From Candidatus Gastranaerophilales bacterium (GTDB taxonomy: Bacteria; Cyanobacteriota; Vampirovibrionia; Gastranaerophilales; Gastranaerophilaceae): DNA of 64,000 nucleotides. This document shows, one piece after another, positions 16,418 through 26,428 of this stretch (the stretch's first letter is position 1; each line of letters opens with the position of its first letter). The position numbers and the translations under genes are program-made. The notes beneath the pieces are model-generated. The model did no database searches, was not told the origin of the DNA, and saw nothing but the letters and a program-made list of their open reading frames with translations. The stretch is from contig CALVDX010000002.1 in the NCBI GenBank assembly GCA_944326425.1, forward strand, positions 72,902 to 136,901, written 5' to 3'.

Positions 16418-17326
16418 CTAGTACCCCATCAGTTTATTATAGTTATCGAGGTACGTTTGTGCAAGCTTTGGCTTATTCATTAATTTATATACATAAGCAA
16501 GGTTATAATGAAAATCCGCAACATCTTTTTTATACTCTAATGCGTTCAAAAATGCAGATTTTGCTTTTTTTAAATTGCCGGTCTTAACATAAGCAATACC
16601 AAGGTTATAATAAGCATACGGAAATGACATATTAGCCTTTATAGCATCTTTATAACAATCTATAGCCGTATAAAAAATATCATCTTCTAAATACATATTT
16701 CCCAGATTGTAATGCGCCTTATAATTGTCATTATCAACCGAAATTGCACGCCTGTACATAAAAATTGCTTCGTCTTTTTTTCCCATATCAGCCAGAATAT
16801 TACCCATCAATGTCCAGGCCGTTGTTGTTCTTGCATATTCAGGAATTTGTTTAAAAGTTTCAAGCGCCGCATCAGTGGAATTGTCGCTATATAAAGCAAG
16901 TGCCTGTGCATAAAGCTGTTTCGTAGTTTGCGCCGATTGAGTATCTGCAGCAGGTTTTAAACCGGAAGTCTTGTTTACAACAGTATCTGATGCATTTACC
17001 GGTTTTCCGGAAACAGATTTATCAGAACTTTCAAGAGATATTAATAAATCTAAATTCCTGCCATAATGGGACACGTTAGCATCCTTCCCTTCATCTTTTT
17101 GAATTTCAGATTCTTCTTCATTATCATTCGGGAGGCAAAACTGTCCAACACCGCGGGTTCTGATAAGTGTATCACAGTCATCCTGCATCTGTCCTTCATC
17201 TTCTGGTGCAGGCATTATATATATATCTCTACGTTCAAATATTTTTTGAGTATCATCATTACCCCCTGCCGCAAAAGCAGGACTAAAAAATAATAATAAC
17301 GCAAATCCAAGGATAATCCGTTTCAT
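16418..17326 (-). CDS. Secreted TPR-repeat protein
   Basis: The likely start is MKRIILGFALLLFFSPAFA (signal peptide). The C-terminal half has TPR-like repeats (AHYNLGNMY, AYYNLGIAY, FHYNLAYVY). Confidence 0.7.
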   Translation of the reverse strand: MKRIILGFALLLFFSPAFAAGGNDDTQKIFERRDIYIMPAPEDEGQMQDDCDTLIRTRGVGQFCLPNDNEEESEIQKDEGKDANVSHYGRNLDLLISLESSDKSVSGKPVNASDTVVNKTSGLKPAADTQSAQTTKQLYAQALALYSDNSTDAALETFKQIPEYARTTTAWTLMGNILADMGKKDEAIFMYRRAISVDNDNYKAHYNLGNMYLEDDIFYTAIDCYKDAIKANMSFPYAYYNLGIAYVKTGNLKKAKSAFLNALEYKKDVADFHYNLAYVYKLMNKPKLAQTYLDNYNKLMGY

Positions 17327-17360
17327 ACCAGAATTATAAAATAAAAAAATCAATTTATCA

Positions 17361-17395
17361 AAAATAAAAACCGGTTTATCTAAACATAAACCGGT
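17361..17395 (-). terminator. Intrinsic terminator downstream of the RHH gene
   Basis: On the minus strand: accggttt...aaaccggt followed by ttttatttttg. Confidence 0.55.
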
Positions 17396-17493
17396 CAACT
17401 TTGTTTGTAATTTCTCGTGTTTTTCTAGTTTTCCTCGTGTTCTCTTTTATTGATTAGTTATCTCACAATTACGGTTATACAATTACCCCGTAA

Positions 17494-17682
17494 CTAATCA
17501 AGCAGCGCCTCTAAGATTTGTGCATTTTTAGATGCATACGCTGTATTTCTAACTTTGCTTCTGTGAATATAGCTTCTAAGTGCCTCTCTAATCAGTTCGG
17601 AACGTGAACGATTTTCGTTGCCTGCTACTTCATCAATCTTGTCTAAAAATCCTTCGGGCATTGAAATTAAAACTCTAGCCAT
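17494..17682 (-). CDS. Ribbon-helix-helix (CopG/NikR-like) DNA-binding protein
   Basis: The N-terminal beta strand and helices (VLISMPEGFLDKIDEV...RSRSELIREALRSY) are typical of RHH regulators and antitoxins. No adjacent toxin gene is present. Confidence 0.65.
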   Translation of the reverse strand: MARVLISMPEGFLDKIDEVAGNENRSRSELIREALRSYIHRSKVRNTAYASKNAQILEALLD

Positions 17683-17935
17683 AATTTATTCTCCTTATCT
17701 AATATCCTGTTTTTCGTTCCTGTATATATATAAAGTATTTCTCTAAAAAATAATTGCCAAATATTTTGTAATTATTAAGTTTTGTAAAGAAAACTTTATG
17801 ATTTAGAACCGCGTTAATACAAGGATATTAGCGAAATTCATAGTATTGATACGATACACTTTCAGTATAGAAATATTATACCATATATTTCTACACTGGT
17901 AAACATTTGTTACATAAGATTGTTATAAAAGTTAA

Positions 17936-18745
17936 TTATAATATACTCTTAATAGCTTGCGGGATATATTTTAACAAATCAGATGCAAGCACACTATACT
18001 CAGTCAAATCATCAGAAGCCAGCTCTCCGGTAATTCCATGCAGATAAACACCCGTTTTCGCAGCCGAGAATGGTTCCATTCCCTGAGCAAGTAAAGCAGT
18101 AATCATACCGCAGAGAACATCCCCGCTGCCGGCTTTTGCAAGCGCACTGTTTCCCGTTTCATTTGTATAAACTTCACCATCTATAGAACAAACCCTTGTT
18201 TTGTGGCCTTTTAACACTGCCGTGCATCCGAATGTTCCGGCAAGTTTTTTAACATAGAAATCCGGCTTGGAAGTAATTTTAGCTGTTTCAACCTTTAAGA
18301 GTCTTGCGGCCTCCGCGGGATGCGGGGTAATAATCAAACTTGCAGGAAGTTTTGGGCTCTTCATTTTTGATAATAATGTTAATCCGCCGGCATCAATAAC
18401 AACAGAAATATTCATCGTTGATAGTTCTGCCAGAACAGATTTGAACATTACTGCCGTTGCTGTTTCTACCGCTAAACCGCATCCTATTGAGATTACATTG
18501 TAGTTTTTTAAATTATTTTTAACCCCGTTAACGGGCAAATATACAATATCCGGAGTTAAAGCCGAAACAGAAGCTGTAACTTTCGGGGAAGAAGCCAGCG
18601 TAACATACCCGCAGCCGGTTCTAAGCGCCGCAATAGAAGATAGATAAGCAGCGCCTGTGTAATTTTCGGAACCCGCAATATTTAAAACTTTACCGAATGT
18701 TCCTTTATGCGAATCTTCTTTTCTTTTAGGAAGCTTAAATTCCAT
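17936..18745 (-). CDS. nnrD: ADP-dependent NAD(P)H-hydrate dehydratase (YjeF C-terminal domain family)
   Basis: SHKGTFGKVLNIAGS..., VLKGHKT and GSGDVLCG motifs. Confidence 0.8.
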   Translation of the reverse strand: MEFKLPKRKEDSHKGTFGKVLNIAGSENYTGAAYLSSIAALRTGCGYVTLASSPKVTASVSALTPDIVYLPVNGVKNNLKNYNVISIGCGLAVETATAVMFKSVLAELSTMNISVVIDAGGLTLLSKMKSPKLPASLIITPHPAEAARLLKVETAKITSKPDFYVKKLAGTFGCTAVLKGHKTRVCSIDGEVYTNETGNSALAKAGSGDVLCGMITALLAQGMEPFSAAKTGVYLHGITGELASDDLTEYSVLASDLLKYIPQAIKSIL

Positions 18746-19181
18746 TTTGTCTTATTGCCTCATATACCGTAATTGCAACCGAATTTGAGAGATTCAGACT
18801 CCGCTGTCCTTCTTTCATCGGTATAGTCACCGCTGTGTCTTTTCGTACATACTCATCAGGCAGCCCGCGGGTTTCGGGACCAAACACCAAAAAGTCTCCG
18901 TCCTTGTATTTTATATCAGTATAGAGTTTTTTTGATTTAGTTGTCAAATAGTAGAATGTACTATTTTGAAATTCACTATATAAGTCCTGCATACTATCAA
19001 ACTTATGCAAATCAACACTATCCCAGTAATCAAGCCCGGCGCGTTTAGTATATTTGCTTGCCAGAGAAAAGCCCAGTTTCCCGACAAGGTACAGAGATGC
19101 ACCGCAGCATGCACACAAGCGTGCTATATTACCGGTATTTTGCGGAATTTCGGGTTCGTATAAAACTACATTAATTTTGCT
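18735..19181 (-). CDS. trmL: SpoU-family tRNA 2'-O-methyltransferase (TrmL-like)
   Basis: INVVLYEPEIPQNTGNIARLCA... is typical of TrmL. The start is taken at MSKINV. Confidence 0.75.
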   Translation of the reverse strand, partial: SKINVVLYEPEIPQNTGNIARLCACCGASLYLVGKLGFSLASKYTKRAGLDYWDSVDLHKFDSMQDLYSEFQNSTFYYLTTKSKKLYTDIKYKDGDFLVFGPETRGLPDEYVRKDTAVTIPMKEGQRSLNLSNSVAITVYEAIRQNGI

Positions 19182-19776
19182 CATTTTTCTCAAAAAGATA
19201 CTTAGATTCAATAACAACCGGCAATCCGCGGACTACGCAGAACACAATTGCAATAACTGCGAGCCAGTAACCTACCGTAAATACGACATCAGGCACCGGA
19301 CAACCCGGGACTTTTGATGCAACAATTACGACAAAAGCCGCGACTTTAGCAACCGCATAACTTATTCTCATAAACTTGGAAGAAGTTATAAAAATGCAAA
19401 CCGGATTTTTCTGCATTGTAGTAGCACCAAACGCGGTATAACCTTTTTCCATTGCGGCACTTCTGATTGTATCGGTGATAAACCCTCTTGTTATAGCAAT
19501 AAGCGGAAAAAGTATTGATAACCACCCCATAACTGCAAACAAAATCCAAAAAGTATTTTCAACAATTCTGTCGCTCATAATATCAAGAAGCGCGCCGAGT
19601 TTTGAAGATTCGTTAAATTTTCTGGCAACGTAACCGTCAAGACCATCCATAGCAAATGCAAGAATTGTAAGAATAAGCGCCCAAATCCCGGCCGCCTGAT
19701 TATCAAGATGCGCGTATATCAGATATACACCGATAAACATTAAAATTACTCTGAAAATTGTTATAAAATTTGCCAT
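19171..19776 (-). CDS. CDP-alcohol phosphatidyltransferase family protein
   Basis: DGLDGYVARKFNESSKLGALLDIMSD matches the D-G-x2-A-R...D-x3-D signature. The protein is multi-TM. Confidence 0.8.
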   Translation of the reverse strand: MANFITIFRVILMFIGVYLIYAHLDNQAAGIWALILTILAFAMDGLDGYVARKFNESSKLGALLDIMSDRIVENTFWILFAVMGWLSILFPLIAITRGFITDTIRSAAMEKGYTAFGATTMQKNPVCIFITSSKFMRISYAVAKVAAFVVIVASKVPGCPVPDVVFTVGYWLAVIAIVFCVVRGLPVVIESKYLFEKNEQN

Positions 19777-19857
19777 ACATGCCTCTTTTACTATACATCT
19801 GGTAGGTATATTTCTGCCCGTTTTTCTTATAATTCGTATACTCTCACCTTATATGTC

Positions 19858-20862
19858 TTACTGTTTCATACGTGAAACCGCAAAATTCTTTTCTTTCTCA
19901 TCAAGAATTTTTACTCTTGAACCAAGCATAATTTTTTCAGCCTCTTCAAGAATACTTACAACTACGTATCCGTTTTGACCGTCTGAACGCGGCTCCTGAC
20001 CGGTTGCACAGCAGTTTAAAAAGTGCTGGCACTCAAGTTTAAGCGGTTCTATTTCCAGATAATCCAGCGCAATAACTTCTGTTTTGTTTGCCACAAAATT
20101 ATCGTAAAGCTTGAGTTTATTTTCAGGGAGTGTGTCATCGAATATTGCTGTTTTCTTTGTACCCCTTACCAACAGATTAACGTGTTTTTGCGGGGTAATC
20201 CAGCTGTCTGATATATGCCCCAGCATCCCGCCTTCAAACTCAATACTTATGTGGGTTATGTCCATAATTTCATTTCTGTCGGAGGAACATCCGATTGCAG
20301 ACACAACACGGAGCGGAGTTTTACCGGTAACATAAGCCATCATTGAAACATCGTGCGGCGCCAAATCCCACATTACGCTTCTGTCATTTTTAAAATAATT
20401 GACATTTAATCTGTCGCTTTGCGCGTAAACCAAATCACCCAAAACCCCTTCTTCAATAAGCATTTTGAGCCTGTTAACCGCAGGATGATAAAGAAGAAGA
20501 TGACCGACCATAAGTATCAAACCTTTTTCTTCCGCCAGTTCAGTTAATTCTTTCGCCTCTCTGGCAACAGTTGAAATCGGTTTTTCAACATAAACATGTT
20601 TCCCTGCATTAAGCAGCGCCTTAACAATTTTAAAGTGCGTATGACTCGGGGTTACAACAACAACACCGGTAATTTCCGGATCATTTAAAATATCATTCAT
20701 ATCCTTTGTCACTTTTATTGAAGGATACAATTCTTTAACCTTTTTTAAAGTTTCTTCATCCAAATCACAAACGGTTGAAAGGGTATTAAGGTTATAAAAA
20801 TTTCTTACAATATTTTTACCCCACAAACCGTAGCCAATGACTGCAATTTTTTGTTCTTTCAT
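19858..20862 (-). CDS. Gfo/Idh/MocA family NAD(P)-dependent oxidoreductase
   Basis: N-terminal Rossmann motif IAVIGYGLWGKN and EKP motif (YVEKPIS). The start is taken at MKEQKIAV. Confidence 0.8.
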   Translation of the reverse strand: MKEQKIAVIGYGLWGKNIVRNFYNLNTLSTVCDLDEETLKKVKELYPSIKVTKDMNDILNDPEITGVVVVTPSHTHFKIVKALLNAGKHVYVEKPISTVAREAKELTELAEEKGLILMVGHLLLYHPAVNRLKMLIEEGVLGDLVYAQSDRLNVNYFKNDRSVMWDLAPHDVSMMAYVTGKTPLRVVSAIGCSSDRNEIMDITHISIEFEGGMLGHISDSWITPQKHVNLLVRGTKKTAIFDDTLPENKLKLYDNFVANKTEVIALDYLEIEPLKLECQHFLNCCATGQEPRSDGQNGYVVVSILEEAEKIMLGSRVKILDEKEKNFAVSRMKQ

Positions 20863-21009
20863 ACTTTCTTCACCCTTTATTAAGAAAATTATATAACAAC
20901 AGCATTTTGTACACAAGTTGCAGAAATCAAATCTGAAAAACTATTTTAACTTTATCTCATTTGACATCCTTGATAATCTGCTTGTGATGAAAGCATATTT
21001 TCAGAACAC

Positions 21010-21038
21010 TTGCAAGGGTTCAAAAAAACTGCTACAAT
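21010..21038 (+). promoter_or_regulatory. Sigma70-type promoter
   Basis: TTGCAA (21010-21015), a 17-nt spacer and TACAAT (21033-21038). Confidence 0.5.
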
Positions 21039-21059
21039 TTCGGTAAAAGGATAAATACG

Positions 21060-21419
21060 ATGAAAAAACTATTTATTATACTTACAGTCTTATGCACACT
21101 TGTATTGACAGGTACCGCTGTTCTTGCTAAAAAATCAAGCGCATCAAATGTTCATTATGCATCTTTCTCAGAAGTGCAGGCAGATATAAACAAGTATAAT
21201 GCACGAAGCAGCCGCAAACAGAACACCAGATACAGTGTCAAGTGCCCGAAATGTAAAGTTAAGAGTTATTATAAACCCAAAAGCCTCCGTAACGGAAAAA
21301 AGATTTACTGCAACAATTGCGGGTATAGTTTCAGACCCGGTATAATCTCAAACCGCGGACAGAGAGTAAAACCGCTAAAAAAATCAAACTTCGGCGGAGC
21401 GTATTATAACAAAAAATAA
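21060..21419 (+). CDS. Small secreted basic protein with a CxxC...CxxC zinc-ribbon-like motif
   Basis: Signal peptide MKKLFIILTVLCTLVLTGTAVLA, plus CPKC and CNNC motifs. Confidence 0.55.
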   Translation: MKKLFIILTVLCTLVLTGTAVLAKKSSASNVHYASFSEVQADINKYNARSSRKQNTRYSVKCPKCKVKSYYKPKSLRNGKKIYCNNCGYSFRPGIISNRGQRVKPLKKSNFGGAYYNKK

Positions 21420-21566
21420 TTGTTTATTGTTTTAAACAGTAGCTTCACCTTTCCAAAGCAAGCGTAAAATTGCTGACCATCCCGGGTGATTATCTTTGTC
21501 ATTTAATACAGAATACCTTAATAATAACCGCAAACAATTGTAAAGATTGTTGCTAATATCTGATAT

Positions 21567-22520
21567 TTGTTGTATCTTGTTTTTGTGAATGAGAATTGTG
21601 GAATAGATTTGAATTCTATAGCTCTCCAGTGTGGTCTTGACAAGGATGTTGACCACAATGAGGTTCTGCACAATATATCCGGACTTGAAGAATTCTACGA
21701 ACGCGATGATTTAATTGAAATATATAATTACCTTCTGGGAACAATTTCGGAACCCGAATACTTAATTCAGATTGTAAAATGTTCCGACAACTATCGGGAC
21801 AGCTCATCACTCACACCTATCGTTAAACTTCTTATTAAAAAGCCTGACGAAGATAATGATGAAAGCATCAACCTCAGAGTAATCTGCGCGAAAGCAATTG
21901 CAAACCACAAAGATACTGCATACGTTACAGTACTGCTTGATTGCATGAATAATAAGAACGAACATTATAAAGTCCGGCTGGCCTGCGCTGATGCACTGGG
22001 CAAAATCGGCGACAGATTTGCAGTCACACCGCTTATCAATCTGGTATCCGACGAAAACGAAAAGTCAATTTATTTAAAAGAATCCGCAACCAATGCACTC
22101 GGAGTTATAGGTGACATTAGAGCCGTTGATCCGCTCATATCAATATTGGACAGCAAACACGGAGTCTTTAGCAAGTTTTCATTCCTCAAAGAAAAAATTA
22201 TCGAAGCACTGGGTAAACTAAACGTACGAAATGAAAAGATATTCAGAGCACTAAAAAAATCACTTCTTGATGAATCTCCCATGGTTAGAATAAATGCAAT
22301 AGAAGCACTTATGAACAGCGACGACCCGAGGGCGGAAGAATGTATAAGAGAATGTTTAACCGACCCTGATGATGAAGTTAAAAAGAATGCCCTCATTGCA
22401 TTATACAACATGTCCGACAGAAAAATTCTTGATGAGGTTATTGCGGGCAGAGAATACTCAGATTCTCTTAAAACAGAGGCTCACTCACTAATAGATGAAT
22501 ATGAGGATGAGGAGGATTAA
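21567..22520 (+). CDS. HEAT-repeat protein (PBS-lyase HEAT-like repeats)
   Basis: Repeated units of the form VR..A..ALG.IGD..AV.PLI..L. The start codon is uncertain. Confidence 0.65.
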   Translation: MLYLVFVNENCGIDLNSIALQCGLDKDVDHNEVLHNISGLEEFYERDDLIEIYNYLLGTISEPEYLIQIVKCSDNYRDSSSLTPIVKLLIKKPDEDNDESINLRVICAKAIANHKDTAYVTVLLDCMNNKNEHYKVRLACADALGKIGDRFAVTPLINLVSDENEKSIYLKESATNALGVIGDIRAVDPLISILDSKHGVFSKFSFLKEKIIEALGKLNVRNEKIFRALKKSLLDESPMVRINAIEALMNSDDPRAEECIRECLTDPDDEVKKNALIALYNMSDRKILDEVIAGREYSDSLKTEAHSLIDEYEDEED

Positions 22521-23192
22521 ATGAATAAGTCGGTAATTTTGCTCTCCGGCGGACTTGATTCTGTTGTTACTCTGGGAATTTCAAGAGATGAATATAACGT
22601 TACTCTGGCATTAACTTTTGACTACGGACAAAAGTCTGCAAAGGAAGAAATAAACGCGGCAGAGAATGTTTGCCGTTACTACAGTGTAGAACACAGAGTA
22701 ATAAAACTTGACTGGCTCAAAGAGATTACAAAAACTTCTCTTGTATCTGATAAATCTATCCCTGATACAAACCTCGGCACGGACAAGAGTATGAAATCTG
22801 TCTGGGTGCCAAACCGTAACGGACTATTTTTAAATATTGCAGCAGCATTTGCAGATACGTATAATTTTACCCGTATATTATTTGGCGCAAACGCACAGGA
22901 AGGTAAAACTTTTCCTGATAACACAGAAGAATTCAGAGAAAAAATAAATTCTGCATTTGAGTTTTCCACCCTTACAAAACCTAAAGTTTATGCCCCCTTG
23001 ATAAATTACACCAAGGATGATATAGTTAAAGTTGCTTTGGATAAGGGGATTCCGTTAGAGCTTGTAAGAAGCTGTTACAATAAGGCAAATAAAAATTGCG
23101 GGAAATGTGAATCGTGCAGAAACCTTAAACAGGCACTTATAAATAATAATTGCAAGGAATTAGTAAAACAATTATTTGATGATGGAAACTAA
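22521..23192 (+). CDS. queC: 7-cyano-7-deazaguanine synthase
   Basis: SGGLDS PP-loop and the C-terminal CGKCESC zinc motif. Confidence 0.9.
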   Translation: MNKSVILLSGGLDSVVTLGISRDEYNVTLALTFDYGQKSAKEEINAAENVCRYYSVEHRVIKLDWLKEITKTSLVSDKSIPDTNLGTDKSMKSVWVPNRNGLFLNIAAAFADTYNFTRILFGANAQEGKTFPDNTEEFREKINSAFEFSTLTKPKVYAPLINYTKDDIVKVALDKGIPLELVRSCYNKANKNCGKCESCRNLKQALINNNCKELVKQLFDDGN

Positions 23193-23736
23193 ATATATAG
23201 ACGAAGAAGTTAAATATATAGGCTCGCAGCTATGCCCTCACTGGATATATAAAAACTACAAGCTTCGCGGAGATGCTATAGTAGCCTTCTGCGGGGAGTG
23301 CGAAGTTAAACTTACAGAAATGGTCGACATAGAGGATGTCATTAATAATGAGCCGATTTATAGTAAGTCAATGCTGAGTTTTATATCGGAACAATTCAGT
23401 GTAAACCTGTCTGAAGGAGTATTCAGACAAAGATTATTAATCTGTATTATAAAAGAACTTCTTGAAGAATACGGATTCAAAATCAAACGCAGCGGTGATG
23501 ATTTATTTTATGAGGACAAAAAATTAACCGTGTCTATTGCAACAAAATCCATAACTTCGACTTTAATCCATACAGGTGTTAATATTTTATCAGAGGGCGC
23601 CCCGGTAAAAGCTTCCGGATTAAAGAGCGAACTTGGAATTGATAATATAAAAGAATTTGCAATAGAAGTTATGAAACGTTACAGCGAAGAGATTGACGAT
23701 ATAATTCTCGCTGGTACTAAAGTCCGCGGAGTGTAA
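23176..23736 (+). CDS. Hypothetical protein (possibly DUF366-like), overlapping the queC stop
   Basis: Intact ORF translationally coupled to queC. The family assignment is from memory only. Confidence 0.4.
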   Translation: MMMETKYIDEEVKYIGSQLCPHWIYKNYKLRGDAIVAFCGECEVKLTEMVDIEDVINNEPIYSKSMLSFISEQFSVNLSEGVFRQRLLICIIKELLEEYGFKIKRSGDDLFYEDKKLTVSIATKSITSTLIHTGVNILSEGAPVKASGLKSELGIDNIKEFAIEVMKRYSEEIDDIILAGTKVRGV

Positions 23737-23741
23737 ATAAG

Positions 23742-24416
23742 ATGAGTAGTAAAAAATTCGGATATAAAAAATACTTAAAACCAAAAGAAAAAAAAGATAT
23801 AAGTATACTAAAACTGTTTTGCTGCACGTTTGTACTTATGCTTGTTGTATTTACTATAATTGTAAACTGCTTTACTCCGGATGTTGATGTTTCAATAGGC
23901 GACACAACAAATGAAATGAGTGAGGCTGAAAACGATATTTACCTTAAAAAGTTTGTAGATAACAGACTTCTTGAAATCCAACAGGAGGATCAAACTCCGG
24001 CTATTACTGTAAACGAGGACAAATCTCCGGAAACAATAACGGACGAAAAAGCAAAAAATATTGTAGAGGCAGCGGGAAACAATGAAGAAACAGTATTAAA
24101 ACCGGTAGAACTTAATGTAACTGTTCCGGAAATAAAAATCATTACTCCGGAAGAAGCAGTACAGACAACTGTTCCTGTTACTCATGAACTTAACCTTACA
24201 TACAGGGTTTATATCGGTCATTACAATACATACGATCAGGTTAAGATTGCAAAAGATATTGTAAATGAGACAGACCCGTCACTGCAGCCGGTCATAAAAG
24301 AAGTAAGCGGAGGATATACTCTTCAGGCAGGAGTTTTCAAGAACAAAGAAGCAGCAAAAGCACTGACTACAAATTTATTAAACGAACACCTCCCTGCAAG
24401 AATGGTATCGGAATAA
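23742..24416 (+). CDS. SPOR-domain membrane protein
   Basis: An N-terminal TM, a low-complexity linker and a C-terminal segment YRVYIGHY...GGYTLQAGVFKNKEAAKAL that is typical of SPOR domains. Confidence 0.7.
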   Translation: MSSKKFGYKKYLKPKEKKDISILKLFCCTFVLMLVVFTIIVNCFTPDVDVSIGDTTNEMSEAENDIYLKKFVDNRLLEIQQEDQTPAITVNEDKSPETITDEKAKNIVEAAGNNEETVLKPVELNVTVPEIKIITPEEAVQTTVPVTHELNLTYRVYIGHYNTYDQVKIAKDIVNETDPSLQPVIKEVSGGYTLQAGVFKNKEAAKALTTNLLNEHLPARMVSE

Positions 24417-24417
24417 T

Positions 24418-25272
24418 CTAAACAGATTTATGTTTTTGCTTCAACTTATTAATTTCCCGCTGAACATTTTCACTCAATTCAAATCCGTTTGTTTTTACAT
24501 ATTCTTCCACAACGGGAATATCTTTGAGATTAATCCCGCGATTGCCAACACTCTGAACTTCGTCTATCACATCTTCAAAAAAACGTAAAGCAACACGCGG
24601 CTCGCCTTTTTCTAACAGAATATGAATATCGCCGTACATAAGATGCATCCTTGCTGTTGATGTCTTGGTACACCACGAACGATGCGAAAGAAGCTGCAAA
24701 CGGGTAATATTATCTTCATAATTTCTGGGGTCATGCGGAATCGAATTTATAACCACCCAGTTTTCATTATCTTTATTCCTTGTCTGGGGTAAAAGTGATA
24801 AAAGATGTTTTTTGTAAATGTTGCGGAAACTTATTGAGGCATCTTTATTCTGTCCTATCTTACCGGAAATTTCTTCCATTGTTCTAGTTAATGCATTATC
24901 ATTATAAACAACCGGTAAATCATCATTATCCGGTTTTAACGCATGTACGATGTTTTGTAATGCGACAAGCGCAAAAGCATAGGTATATTTTCTTGTGTTT
25001 GTAAGCATCCCCTGAAGCCATTGATTCATTATGTCCTTACGTTCAACTTTTGTATTTTTGCCTCTGCCGCCGTATTCCGCTTCCAGAAATTTATTTTTAA
25101 GCTTTTCTAAAGCCCAGCGCTGAAAATCATTACGGGTGTTAAATTTTTCAATCGGGGCTTTAAGCTTACGCATGCAAAAATAATCTATCCCGCTGAAGGC
25201 AGAAGCCTTCATTGCAGAAAACACCGGATTATATGAATTATTTTGTACTATTCCGTTTATCTTCATATTCAT
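24418..25272 (-). CDS. Hypothetical protein carrying the N-terminal I-x...N-P-x-F motif
   Basis: Long ORF. The start is taken at MNMKINGIVQNNSYNPVFSA; the tracked extension to 25350 is hydrophobic and lacks an SD. Confidence 0.5.
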   Translation of the reverse strand: MNMKINGIVQNNSYNPVFSAMKASAFSGIDYFCMRKLKAPIEKFNTRNDFQRWALEKLKNKFLEAEYGGRGKNTKVERKDIMNQWLQGMLTNTRKYTYAFALVALQNIVHALKPDNDDLPVVYNDNALTRTMEEISGKIGQNKDASISFRNIYKKHLLSLLPQTRNKDNENWVVINSIPHDPRNYEDNITRLQLLSHRSWCTKTSTARMHLMYGDIHILLEKGEPRVALRFFEDVIDEVQSVGNRGINLKDIPVVEEYVKTNGFELSENVQREINKLKQKHKSV

Positions 25273-25500
25273 ATAAAACCCGAACATAAAAAAATTTGCT
25301 ATTGAAAATACAAAAACTGTACGCCGGCAAAAACTATTTAATAATCCCAAACCTGTATACTACTATTTTATGCTATGATGAAGAGTATCGGAACATTGAA
25401 ACACTAAAACCACAGGATAAAAGATAACTCTTTTTGAAAGGGGCTGCCGCCAATTTTAGTTTAGTCTTCGGGTAGCGCCCGACTAGAAAGGAGGGCAAGT

Positions 25501-25581
25501 ATGGATAACTTCAATCTGAGTTTAGTTTTAATCTTTTTGATTTTATACATAGTAAAAAACGACCCTTATCTAAAGAGATAA
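25501..25581 (+). CDS. 26-aa hydrophobic peptide, candidate type I toxin
   Basis: The peptide MDNFNLSLVLIFLILYIVKNDPYLKR is preceded by the strong SD GAAAGGAGGG (25486-25495) 5 nt from the ATG, and by a structured 5' region. Confidence 0.4.
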   Translation: MDNFNLSLVLIFLILYIVKNDPYLKR

Positions 25582-25635
25582 GAGCCATTTAGCCTTCTAC
25601 AGAGCTATCGGCATTTGTCCAAGCTGCCACCCTGT
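25553..25635 (-). ncRNA. Candidate ~80-nt antisense sRNA convergent with the 26-aa ORF
   Basis: A strong promoter lies at 25642-25670. The terminator (arms ctcttatct/agataaggg, 9 bp including one G-U, valid only on the minus strand, with a T6 run at 25559..25554) overlaps the last ~9 codons of the ORF. Confidence 0.45.
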
Positions 25636-25641
25636 GTTTAT

Positions 25642-25670
25642 ATTATACCGTGTTTCGCGCGATTTTTCAA
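25642..25670 (-). promoter_or_regulatory. Near-consensus sigma70-type promoter of the antisense sRNA
   Basis: On the minus strand: TTGAAA (25670..25665), a 17-nt spacer and TATAAT (25647..25642). Confidence 0.6.
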
Positions 25671-25883
25671 GCCTCCCCCTTATTCGGGGTGCTATTGCCG
25701 TATAATACAGACTGTTTAATATTAGATTTCTATTTAAGATTCTCCATAATAAGCACACCGGCAGGCTGTGTTTAATCATTTTACCGTAGTAAGCCTTTTG
25801 CACAATACAAAGGATAAAAAATAATGCCGGAGCGGAATAAAACTTTTGGAAAAGAATTTATACTTAATGTAAAGGAGAAAATT

Positions 25884-26417
25884 ATGTTAGAGAGAAGATT
25901 TTTAAACTTTGTCGGCATGGACGGGATTTTTATGCTCATACTCGGGGTCGTCATGCTTGTATTGCCTAAAATCACAAGCATGGCGATTGCGGCAGTTCTG
26001 GCCATAATCCTTGCAGCCTTCGGAATATACAGAATAGTTAATTCTATTTTGGAGAGAAAATACATAAGACATGTATTTTTAAATATTGCAATAGGACTTT
26101 TATTACTACTCTCGGGTATTTTCCTGTTTTTTTATCCGGTGTTTAATCTTTTAATTATAACATCAGCCATAGGTGTTTATTTTATACTGGAGAGCCTTGC
26201 CTCAATTGCGTTTGCATTTGAGACAAGGGGACTGGTTAATATGTGGTGGATGAATTTAATATCAGGACTGCTCCAGTTCTTTTTAGGCTTCGTTATAATA
26301 ATCGGGCTTCCGCAAACAGCACTCTGGACTGCGGGTATGCTCCTCGGGGTCAGTCTGCTTGTAACCGGAATGTCTATGCTCACAGTTTTTATGGCAACAA
26401 AGTTTGCAAGAATATAG
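25884..26417 (+). CDS. HdeD/DUF308-like membrane protein
   Basis: Six hydrophobic helices. The start at ATG 25884 is preceded by AAGGAG. Confidence 0.55.
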   Translation: MLERRFLNFVGMDGIFMLILGVVMLVLPKITSMAIAAVLAIILAAFGIYRIVNSILERKYIRHVFLNIAIGLLLLLSGIFLFFYPVFNLLIITSAIGVYFILESLASIAFAFETRGLVNMWWMNLISGLLQFFLGFVIIIGLPQTALWTAGMLLGVSLLVTGMSMLTVFMATKFARI

Positions 26418-26428
26418 GAGGTTAATAA

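Noticed and set aside
25597-26065. Minus-strand ORFs 25597..25803 and 25781..26065.
   Set aside because: They have no SD and a low-complexity translation. They overlap the predicted sRNA promoter and the well-supported plus-strand HdeD-like gene, so they are likely spurious.
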